A model generated the notes under the pieces. The model worked only from the letters and a program-made list of their open reading frames with translations, had not been told where the DNA came from and made no database searches. A DNA stretch of 25,242 nt from a virus (Duplodnaviria; Heunggongvirae; Uroviricota; Caudoviricetes), in IMG/VR virus record IMGVR_UViG_3300022561_001209; one strand, given 5' to 3'. Positions within the stretch are counted from its first letter, which is position 1. Each line of letters opens with the position of its first letter. A program made the position numbers and the translations under genes. This document shows positions 1-6,534 of this stretch, one piece after another.

Positions 1-30
1 TTTACAAAACATACATTCTTTATTATCCAT
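1..30 (-). CDS. 5' end of a small Cys-containing protein (MDNKECMFCK...), runs off the window
   Basis: ATG at 28-30 preceded on the minus strand by GGGGAGG; CxxC start like the two neighbouring Zn-finger-like ORFs. Confidence 0.55.
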   Translation of the reverse strand, partial: MDNKECMFCK

Positions 31-52
31 TTTTGTTTCCTCCCCTTTTAGT

Positions 53-277
53 TTAAACCCATTCACCGATTTCTTTTTCTAACTCTTCCTCATCGTAAAA
101 ATCAAAGTTAAAATAATATCTTCCGTCTTCATCTAGTGCTACAATGTTTTGTTTTCTTAAATCTTGTATACAACATTCTATACAACAGTAATCTTCTCCA
201 TTTACACTTTCAAAATAATATCCAACATATTCTAAATCTTCCCCGCAATTTTTACATACTTTAGACTCATTATCCAC
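53..277 (-). CDS. small Zn-finger-like hypothetical protein (CxxC...YCxxxCC), 74 aa
   Basis: CKNC...YCCIECC; GCGGAGG RBS upstream of a GTG start; similar layout to 456..785. Confidence 0.8.
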   Translation of the reverse strand: MDNESKVCKNCGEDLEYVGYYFESVNGEDYCCIECCIQDLRKQNIVALDEDGRYYFNFDFYDEEELEKEIGEWV

Positions 278-310
278 AGTATGTTTCCTCCGCTTTGTTT
301 TTATTATTTA

Positions 311-463
311 CTAATGTATTTCAAATTTTAAACCATATCTGTCATCTAATTCATCTATCAATAATCCAGTTCTTGTAGCTATACTTACTTCATCGAATGT
401 GTCCTCTGTATATGATGCTGCTATTCCTGCTGCTATCTGTATTATAGCTTCTGTTCTACTCAT
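311..463 (-). CDS. 50-aa hypothetical protein (MSRTEAIIQIAAGIAASYTEDTFDEVSIATRTGLLIDELDDRYGLKFEIH), below ORF-track cutoff
   Basis: manual translation; fills the gap exactly, ATG overlaps the end of 456..785 (translational coupling). Confidence 0.7.
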   Translation of the reverse strand: MSRTEAIIQIAAGIAASYTEDTFDEVSIATRTGLLIDELDDRYGLKFEIH

Positions 464-785
464 TTTCTAACCCGTAAATTACTTCTTCACCTATTTCTTT
501 AACTAATTTATCTGTTTCGTCTTCTGCTGTATTATCACCTTCACCATATGCATGTAACCTATATTTCTTACCTTTGTATTCGTAAATCCAGTAATCATAT
601 CTCTCTCCAGTTTCTTTTGCTTTGTACACTGTAAATTTTATTATTCCCTTTTCTTCTAAGCCCATTATGCAACAATCATAATCGCAATAATATTCTCCAG
701 TGTCATAACTTTTAAAATGTTCGTTCTCATAATACAAGCTTCTTTTACAAAACCCACAACTTCCAAAAGATTCTACATCAATCAT
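456..785 (-). CDS. Zn-finger-like hypothetical protein (CxxC...YCxxxCC), 109 aa
   Basis: CGFC...YYCDYDCC; GGAGAAG RBS. Confidence 0.8.
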   Translation of the reverse strand: MIDVESFGSCGFCKRSLYYENEHFKSYDTGEYYCDYDCCIMGLEEKGIIKFTVYKAKETGERYDYWIYEYKGKKYRLHAYGEGDNTAEDETDKLVKEIGEEVIYGLENE

Positions 786-810
786 TTTATTCTTCCTCCG
801 TATATATTAT

Positions 811-1575
811 TTAATTATTCTCTGTTTCATTTTTTAATATCCCTATTATATAAGAAAGTTCGTTGTTATCCAGTTTTCCGTCTTCTAATACTTTATTAAA
901 ATTCATCTTATTTCCATTTAACACAGTTACTAGACTGTCTAAATCATTACCGTTTAAACCTAGTGTGCTTAACTCGTTTATATAAGATGTTTCTTTTACT
1001 ATATCCTTTACATTTTTAGTCTTAACTTCTGCTATACTCATTTCTTTACCCATGTATTCCATTACTTTTTTAACATAATTCTGAGTTTCTTTGAATGGTG
1101 GTATTCCTCCGTATTTATCTACGTTTCCAGGTCCTGCGTTATATGCTGCTAGTGCTAACTTTACATCTCCGTCATATCTATCTAATTGATGACGTAAATA
1201 CTGTGCTCCACCCATTATATTCTGTTCAGGATTAAATGCATCTGTTACCCCTAACCCTGCTGCTGTCCCTGGCATTAATTGCATAACCCCCTGTGCACCA
1301 CAGCTTGAAACTGCTTTTGGATTGAAGTTAGATTCTGCCTTTGCCACTGCTTTTATTAAATTCACATCTACTCCGTAAATATCTGATGCTCTTTGAAATA
1401 TGTCATCTAAATCTGTTTTACCTATTTTATTTGCATTTGAAGCTATTACTCTGTTATCTTCTATTTTATCTGACAGTATGTTTGAGAAGTCTTTCCCTTC
1501 CTTTACCTTATTCTTATTTTTATTGTTTAAATAAGATAAGTAGACTCTACTGTTATTGTTTACATTTATATTCAT
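811..1575 (-). CDS. soluble lytic transglycosylase (SLT family) with low-complexity N-terminus
   Basis: [11 protein letters not shown] (catalytic Glu), [34 protein letters not shown] motifs; AAAGGA RBS. Confidence 0.93.
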   Translation of the reverse strand: MNINVNNNSRVYLSYLNNKNKNKVKEGKDFSNILSDKIEDNRVIASNANKIGKTDLDDIFQRASDIYGVDVNLIKAVAKAESNFNPKAVSSCGAQGVMQLMPGTAAGLGVTDAFNPEQNIMGGAQYLRHQLDRYDGDVKLALAAYNAGPGNVDKYGGIPPFKETQNYVKKVMEYMGKEMSIAEVKTKNVKDIVKETSYINELSTLGLNGNDLDSLVTVLNGNKMNFNKVLEDGKLDNNELSYIIGILKNETENN

Positions 1576-1597
1576 GTCTATTCCTTTCTATCTTGTC

Positions 1598-1924
1598 TTA
1601 TATCTGATTAGTTTCTATGTAATAGTTACTTATTTCTTCCCGCTCTGCATTTATTACTTTACCGTTTTCTAATTCTATCTCGAAAAATCTTTCTGAATAT
1701 ATTTCTCCATTGGTTTCGTCTATCCACCCTGCACTATACTCATTTCCCAGTGATTCTCTATTTTCATCGTCAAAATGCTCATAAAGTACCTTGAACTTCA
1801 GTCCATTAAATTCTTTAAGTCCACTGTAAGGACTTTGAAAAGTATTTTTCTCCAGTTCATCCATTTGTTCTCTAGTATATGGTTTTACATTCTCTCTTAT
1901 TATTTTCATGTAATCTCTTTCCAT
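1598..1924 (-). CDS. hypothetical protein, ~108 aa
   Basis: ORF track 1598..1942; start moved to the ATG at 1922-1924, which follows GGAGGG. Confidence 0.75.
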   Translation of the reverse strand: MERDYMKIIRENVKPYTREQMDELEKNTFQSPYSGLKEFNGLKFKVLYEHFDDENRESLGNEYSAGWIDETNGEIYSERFFEIELENGKVINAEREEISNYYIETNQI

Positions 1925-1938
1925 TTTATTTCCCTCCA

Positions 1939-2112
1939 TCACTCTTTTGATATCTCTTCATATGAATACTTAACATTAGTTTTTCTTATAATATTTCCAC
2001 TTGCTCCACAATATATACACTTTTCAATATCTGTTTCTTCGTCTACTATAGCGTATTTACCACACCAGTAACAATATATTTCTGTACCTTTAAAAACTAT
2101 GTCTTTACTCAT
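1939..2112 (-). CDS. small Zn-ribbon protein (CxxC-x14-CxxC), ~57 aa
   Basis: CYWC...CIYC; start moved to the ATG at 2110-2112 downstream of GGGGGT. Confidence 0.75.
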   Translation of the reverse strand: MSKDIVFKGTEIYCYWCGKYAIVDEETDIEKCIYCGASGNIIRKTNVKYSYEEISKE

Positions 2113-2199
2113 ATCTCTTACCCCCACATTAAAATTACCATATAACTCTATAAATAAAAGATGTTTAAATATGCTTAATATATCTATCTATCTTACATA

Positions 2200-2238
2200 A
2201 AAATAACCATACAACTTATTCTATTGTATGGTTATTTT
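2200..2238 (-). terminator. intrinsic terminator ending the protein + ncRNA unit
   Basis: perfect 15-bp inverted repeat AAAATAACCATACAA / TTGTATGGTTATTTT, 9-nt loop, T-rich tail on the minus strand. Confidence 0.85.
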
Positions 2239-2281
2239 ATCTCATTTTATTTACCCTTCAACTTTTGGGTTATATTTATTT

Positions 2282-2631
2282 TAACATTGTGAACTATTCA
2301 GCCCAGTACAAACCTAAAGATAATTAGTCTAACTCTTACAAACTTCTTCTAGGATTTTATCGAATTTTTATATTTAAGACTTAAACTTTAATATAAAGAA
2401 TTTTGAACCCTAACTTTTGAACTGTGAATGCTGATGTTTGAACTTTCTCATTAATTAGTCCGTAGCGATAAGCAACCTGTTATCGCTCACGGAATCTAAT
2501 CCCATTTGTAATCGATATATAGATATATCAAAATAAGAAAATCACCAGTTTTCTTGTTCTTAATTTCAGGTTATTACCCCAACCAGAAAGGGGAGACTAA
2601 ATTTAAGATTTTCAAATAACCCACAATGTTA
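2282..2631 (-). ncRNA. putative ~350-nt structured non-coding RNA of unknown family
   Basis: no substantial ORF; 5' TAACATTGTGGGTTATTTG (2613-2631) pairs with 3' TGAATAGTTCACAATGTTA (2282-2300), a 10-bp perfect helix extended by G-U pairs valid only on the minus strand; internal hairpins ATTAG..TCCGT-G-AGCGATAA/TTATCGCT-ACGGA-CTAAT (about 2454-2500), AAGAAAA/TTTTCTT, GATATAT/ATATATC, CCCC/GGGG; lies between a stop codon and a terminator. Confidence 0.7.
2362..2446 (-). repeat. degenerate 7-nt periodic tract (11 heptamers + 1 octamer, consensus about AAANTTY)
   Basis: minus strand reads AAAGTTC AAACATC AGCATTC ACAGTTC AAAAGTT AGGGTTC AAAATTC TTTATATT AAAGTTT AAGTCTT AAATATA AAAATTC. Confidence 0.8.
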
Positions 2632-2643
2632 TTTTTTATTTAA

Positions 2644-2682
2644 TAGGTAGCTCGACTCCTCGTGAACGAGTCGAACAACCTA
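2644..2682 (-). other. GC-rich hairpin between the 212-aa gene stop and the ncRNA closing stem
   Basis: TAGGT-TG-TTCGACTC / GAGTCGAG-CT-ACCTA on the minus strand, 9-nt loop, no U-tract after it. Confidence 0.7.
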
Positions 2683-2696
2683 AGTGTTACCGTAAA

Positions 2697-3335
2697 TTAA
2701 TTTTCAACTACTATAGTGTTTTTAGAATTAGCTTCTGACAGACACATATCAACTTCGTTCTCAAACTCAATTATTTCTGTTCCCATCTTACTAATTACTT
2801 CCGTTAATTTTAGAGGGTCAACAAATACTGTCTTGTTAGCCTCCCAACGTGCTTTAGCCATATCTTCAGACGTTTTAACTAAGTCTTTATTGTTCTTATC
2901 AGAAGATATTAAACTCTCTACTAATTTTTCATTAGCCATATCTAATTGAATATTAGCTGATTCCAAACTAGATGTTGCTCTATTTAAGCTTTTCTTCAGA
3001 ACTTCTAAAAAGTTCTTTTCGTATGATATAGATGTCTTTCTTTCTATAGCATCTGCCACTGTATATGTATTTCCTGCAATTTCTATGTTATTCCCAGCGT
3101 TTGATTTAACTATAGCTGATTTAAGCTCTTTTCTTTGACTAATTAAATCGTTTACTGATTCAAATGCTGCTTTTACTTGTTTCTCATATTCTTCGACAGT
3201 TAAAGTCCCGTTCTGTACTTTATCAGCACTGTTTTTTCTTGTTTCTACGAAGGTTGTTTCTCTCATTGCCTTATTTATTTTATCGTCAAGTAACTTCAAT
3301 GTCTGTAATGCTCTTGTTATAGATATCTCTCTCAT
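2697..3335 (-). CDS. 212-aa alpha-helical/coiled-coil protein, distantly DIP1984/DUF6847-like
   Basis: GGGGA RBS; ITRALxxLKLLDxKI ... AIVKSN ... IAGNTYTVADAIERK ... EVDMCLSEAN parallels the LAEAL...RINxxN...TL.E.I..RD...D..IQ..N pattern I associate with DIP1984-type proteins (from memory). Confidence 0.85.
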   Translation of the reverse strand: MREISITRALQTLKLLDDKINKAMRETTFVETRKNSADKVQNGTLTVEEYEKQVKAAFESVNDLISQRKELKSAIVKSNAGNNIEIAGNTYTVADAIERKTSISYEKNFLEVLKKSLNRATSSLESANIQLDMANEKLVESLISSDKNNKDLVKTSEDMAKARWEANKTVFVDPLKLTEVISKMGTEIIEFENEVDMCLSEANSKNTIVVEN

Positions 3336-3380
3336 ATTTTATCCCCTTATTCTTATAATTTATTTTTATTTCATATACCT

Positions 3381-3409
3381 ATTATAAACTAAAACTTTTA
3401 CTTTGTCAA
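3381..3409 (-). promoter_or_regulatory. consensus sigma-A promoter driving the 212-aa protein + ncRNA
   Basis: TTGACA (3404-3409), 17 nt, TATAAT (3381-3386) on the minus strand; A-tract upstream. Confidence 0.9.
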
Positions 3410-3483
3410 TAGCTTTTTTAAATATTTTTTTAATAATTTTATTAAACTAATCTTAAATCAAAATTTTATATTCCATGAATTAT

Positions 3484-3777
3484 TCAATCAATTTTTACTA
3501 TTTTCATTTCAGGATACAATTCTTTTATTTCTTCTAAATCATTTAACATTCTTGTGTAATGTCTTCCTTCTTCTTTTTCAGTGAATACCCCAACTTCCTC
3601 TGTTTTGTTACATACCTTGCATTGTCTACCTTTACTTATGAACCTATGTTTATCTGTTGTAACTATAACTTCTTCATATTCATGTTTATGGTTTGACTTC
3701 TTTATTTTCCTACTACCCTTTTTCTTTCTGTAAGGTATCTCTTTGTCTAAACAGTAATAATTTTCATCCCTAGCCAC
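3484..3777 (-). CDS. basic hypothetical protein with HxH...CxxC motif, 97 aa
   Basis: ORF with GGAGGGG RBS; KKSNHKHEYE...CKVC. Confidence 0.8.
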   Translation of the reverse strand: MARDENYYCLDKEIPYRKKKGSRKIKKSNHKHEYEEVIVTTDKHRFISKGRQCKVCNKTEEVGVFTEKEEGRHYTRMLNDLEEIKELYPEMKIVKID

Positions 3778-3804
3778 TTTTATACCCCTCCGTAAATACC
3801 CTTA

Positions 3805-4116
3805 TCAATCTAATTCACATAACATCAGTTCAAATGTCATTCCACAACCCCTTATTACTAAAGGTCTATGTCCTTCTTTTATCATTGTTATGTCAAAGTC
3901 CAATTCCCAACCGTTGTCATTTCTATTCTCTTCTTCATATCCTAATTCTTCAAGTAATTCCCCTAATCTAGAAGGATTTAATTCAGTGTCTGAAAAATCT
4001 TTTTCAAGCAATTCTTTTCTTTCTTCTATATCTATGTTTTCTACTTCTCCTATAAACTGTTCTACTATAGGTGTAAATTTAATTTTTACTTCTTCAGTTA
4101 AATGCCATCTATTCAT
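3805..4116 (-). CDS. acidic hypothetical protein, paralog of 5702..6031
   Basis: AGGAAG RBS; shares KDFSxTxLN...LLExxGYEE and RPLxIxGxGxxFELxL with 5702..6031. Confidence 0.85.
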   Translation of the reverse strand: MNRWHLTEEVKIKFTPIVEQFIGEVENIDIEERKELLEKDFSDTELNPSRLGELLEELGYEEENRNDNGWELDFDITMIKEGHRPLVIRGCGMTFELMLCELD

Positions 4117-4131
4117 ATTTATCTTCCTATT

Positions 4132-4692
4132 CTATGCTGCCAATATGCCTACAACAGCTATAAATAAAATTATTGATACTGCAATTATGCATACTGTACT
4201 TATCATAATTCCTGCTATAGCTAAGCCTTTCCCTTTTTCCCCTGTTCTATTAACTTCACTAAGTCCTTTTATAGAGAATATTAAACTTATTATAGGTACT
4301 ATACCAAACAATGATATAGGTACAGAAACTAAAGATAATATAAACCCTATTAGTGCATTATCATTTGTTCCTACTCGATTGTATGATTGTCTAGAACTAT
4401 TCATAGGTCTACCCATACTTTGCCTACTATCGCTTGTCCCACCTTCTCTTGCTCCAGGTCTACTACTGCTTGCCCCAGGTCTATTATTACTTGTTCCGCC
4501 TTCTCTTGCTCCAGGTCTACTATTATATATTACTCTTTCTGCTGGCATAGGTGCTGGCATAGGTCCTTGTATCTCTTCATCTTGTTCTTGTTTAATCTCT
4601 TCACTTGGATTTTCTGTTTCTAATGCGTTTCCGCAATGTTCACAAAACTTCGCTGTCTCTGTTACATCTCCGTTACATCTCGTACATTTCAT
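4132..4692 (-). CDS. Zn-ribbon + repetitive linker + DUF4190-like multi-pass membrane protein, 186 aa
   Basis: N-terminal CTRC...FCEHCG; RPGAREGGTS repeats; hydrophobic C-terminus with GEKGKGLAIAGI; AGGAGG RBS. Confidence 0.85.
   Translation of the reverse strand: MKCTRCNGDVTETAKFCEHCGNALETENPSEEIKQEQDEEIQGPMPAPMPAERVIYNSRPGAREGGTSNNRPGASSSRPGAREGGTSDSRQSMGRPMNSSRQSYNRVGTNDNALIGFILSLVSVPISLFGIVPIISLIFSIKGLSEVNRTGEKGKGLAIAGIMISTVCIIAVSIILFIAVVGILAA
4433..4522. repeat. intragenic direct repeats encoding SRPGAREGGTS
   Basis: 33-nt copies at 4433-4465 and 4490-4522 (2 mismatches) with a partial copy at about 4469-4486. Confidence 0.85.
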
Positions 4693-4719
4693 AAATTTTC
4701 CTCCTATGGTTTTGTTTAA

Positions 4720-4787
4720 TTAATGCCTTAATCTAAATACATATCCCCTATGTTTTATATACTTAGAGCAAGGCATTAACCCTGCTT
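4720..4787 (-). promoter_or_regulatory. pair of mutually exclusive RNA hairpins in the leader of the membrane-protein gene
   Basis: TTAATGCCTT / AAGGCATTAA plus inner TCTAAGTATATA / TATGTATTTAGA (2 G-U pairs on the minus strand) versus AGCAGGG-TTAATG-CCTTGCT. Confidence 0.5.
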
Positions 4788-4965
4788 ATAACAATACAGC
4801 TATTTCTTCAATAACTTTAAGTCCTAAACCAACAGCCTCTACCCCTAATTTAATTGCCTGTGAAGCCAAGTCTATAACTGGAATTACTAACCTCTCTTGT
4901 TCAAAACCTCTCATTAAATCTGTTAATGATGCCCCTTTTAGTGAATCAATGATAAATGTTAACAT
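4786..4965 (-). CDS. 59-aa amphipathic/hydrophobic peptide (MLTFIIDSLKGASLTDLMRGFEQERLVIPVIDLASQAIKLGVEAVGLGLKVIEEIAVLL)
   Basis: manual translation; GAAGGAGAG RBS; just under the ORF-track cutoff. Confidence 0.8.
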   Translation of the reverse strand: MLTFIIDSLKGASLTDLMRGFEQERLVIPVIDLASQAIKLGVEAVGLGLKVIEEIAVLL

Positions 4966-5042
4966 AACTTTCTCTCCTTCTAATTTTTATTAGTTTTAAG
5001 GATTAAACTGTAACCATCTTATCATTAGTTCACCATAAATCA

Positions 5043-5413
5043 TTATTCTATATTTTTGATTTCATTCAATAGTTCATATTCAAAATAGTGCTTATGAATT
5101 GTTGCTATGATGCAATCCATCATTCCTTCAATTTCATCTATGTATATTTCATTTCCATTATGTTTAAGTATCATAATTGTATCTAACTTACATTTTATAA
5201 CTAGTATTTCACCCATTAATTGACAATGTTTTATCTGCTTTATACCTTTTAATTCTTTTTCCAAAGATTCTAAAGAACTTGTATTACATGCCTTTAATAT
5301 GTTCTTTATAAATATATAGTCTTCATAAATGTATTTTGTTACTTTATTATCTCTGTATTTCTTACTAATTTATTCATTTCTTCTTTAATTTTATTAATAG
5401 GTGCATTATACAT
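5043..5413 (-). pseudogene. frameshifted hypothetical gene (24-aa ORF 5339..5413 plus a frame open from 5369 to 5043)
   Basis: AAAGGA RBS + ATG at 5411-5413; the frame of the annotated 73-aa TTG ORF is open 35 codons further upstream and overlaps the 24-aa ORF; one -1 shift joins them. Confidence 0.6.
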
Positions 5414-5454
5414 ATCACTGTCATCCTTTCAATTACATTTTTTATTGTAATTTT

Positions 5455-5483
5455 ATTATAACATAAAACCTAACCTTTGTCAA
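5455..5483 (-). promoter_or_regulatory. consensus sigma-A promoter
   Basis: TTGACA 5478-5483, 17 nt, TATAAT 5455-5460; AATTACA-N8-TGTAATT inverted repeat at 5431-5452 over the expected start site. Confidence 0.9.
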
Positions 5484-5503
5484 GACTTTTTATAATAATT
5501 TTA

Positions 5504-5686
5504 TTAAACTTTTTTAAACTCGTCCTCTAATCTTTTTATCACTTGTCCGTAAATACTATCTCAGATTTTCCTAGTATTTCAAATAGTTCAGTTATTTTTA
5601 ATTCTGTATTATTAAACATTTACTTTCTCTTCATTATAAATAAAGTTATATATTTTATTTACACGTGTATTTTTGTCTTTAACCAC
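5504..5686 (-). pseudogene. possible decayed small gene (three overlapping coding-like segments)
   Basis: AGGGA RBS + GTG; MVKDKNTRVNKIYNFIYNEEKVNV / NNTELKITELFEILGKSE / DSIYGQVIKRLEDEFKKV joined by two 1-nt shifts. Confidence 0.35.
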
Positions 5687-5701
5687 GTCTGTTTCCCTAC
5701 A

Positions 5702-6031
5702 TTATTCAAATGTACTTAGTATTAATTCAAAATTTAATCCACTACCTATTATATTTAATGGTCTGTTTTCTTTATGATTTAGCGTAATTATAAACCCTAA
5801 ATCGTCTATACCATACCTTTCTCCGTAAATATCAAATCTTCTGCTGTATTCTTCATATCCTATGTATTCAAGTAATTTAATCAATTTATAAGTGTTTAAA
5901 TCTGTATTTGAAAAATCTTTTGTTAGTTCTTCTTCTGATTCTTCTGCTCTCTTAATAAATTCTTTAACTTCATCTAAATACTTATTTACATTTTCTTTAT
6001 TCAAATTATCTTTTAATACTATATTTATCAT
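5702..6031 (-). CDS. hypothetical protein, paralog of 3805..4116
   Basis: AAAGGGG RBS; shared motifs with 3805..4116. Confidence 0.85.
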   Translation of the reverse strand: MINIVLKDNLNKENVNKYLDEVKEFIKRAEESEEELTKDFSNTDLNTYKLIKLLEYIGYEEYSRRFDIYGERYGIDDLGFIITLNHKENRPLNIIGSGLNFELILSTFE

Positions 6032-6219
6032 TTCTTAAGCCCCTTTCCCTATTTAATAACGCCTTGATTATATTTATATGTCTAACCGAGGTGTCTTTAC
6101 TTTTATCCTTAATTCGTCATTTTATTATAGCTTTAGATTTTCCTATCGCTGTTAATCAGTCACTTCTAAATGCTTCTACAGCTGTTTAGTTACTGTTAAT
6201 ACTGAAATAATTTTCTTTG

Positions 6220-6534
6220 TTACTGTTCTATCTCTTCTTCTTTTTCTTTTATTTTAAATACATATTTTGAATTGAGTGTGTACACTCTAAATTCATCGTT
6301 TTTAATCTCTACTGATTCTATTGTTGATGTTCTTATTCCCCAACATTCAGGATTATCTAAATAGTCTATAGGTTTGTCAAACTCTATAAACAAACATCCG
6401 CCTGCATAATTTAAGTATTCTTTACCCATTGGACTGTATATTTCTGCTTCTACCCCTTTTACAGGAAATTTCAACCTTTTCTTTGTTTCCAATGTCATTC
6501 CGTAAATTAACTTAACCTTCGCTCTTTCAACCAT
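6220..6534 (-). CDS. hypothetical protein, 104 aa
   Basis: AAGGAGG RBS, intact ORF. Confidence 0.85.
   Translation of the reverse strand: MVERAKVKLIYGMTLETKKRLKFPVKGVEAEIYSPMGKEYLNYAGGCLFIEFDKPIDYLDNPECWGIRTSTIESVEIKNDEFRVYTLNSKYVFKIKEKEEEIEQ

Noticed and set aside
2404-2416. AACCCTAAC / TTAGGG, resembling a telomerase template or telomeric repeat
   Set aside because: A single occurrence that is one unit of the 7-nt tract; no reverse transcriptase in the window; expected by chance.
2410-2451. Mini-ORF MRKFKHQHSQFKS inside the ncRNA
   Set aside because: 13 codons, no convincing accessible RBS, and the 7-nt periodicity does not follow codons; cannot be fully excluded without Ribo-seq.
2282-2631. 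CRISPR array, group I/II intron or known riboswitch as an explanation of the non-coding block
   Set aside because: No repeat-spacer pattern, no intron core motifs or interrupted gene, and the block lies 3' of its gene before a terminator.
2660-2680. GTTCGACTC T-loop-like string suggesting a tRNA gene
   Set aside because: No T-stem, acceptor stem, D-arm or anticodon arm can be built; the bases are paired in a simple hairpin.
3890-4723. 277-aa plus-strand ORF
   Set aside because: Antisense shadow of two well-supported minus-strand genes; S/F/L/P-rich composition mirrors E/K/G codons; no RBS or plus-strand promoter seen.
6040-6215. Frame with two TGA codons (…RSD*LTAIGKSKAIIK*RIKDK…) suggesting TGA recoding
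   Set aside because: No start or RBS; Trp is encoded by TGG in real genes, TGA ends intact genes (e.g. 1939, 3805), and broken genes carry all three stops.
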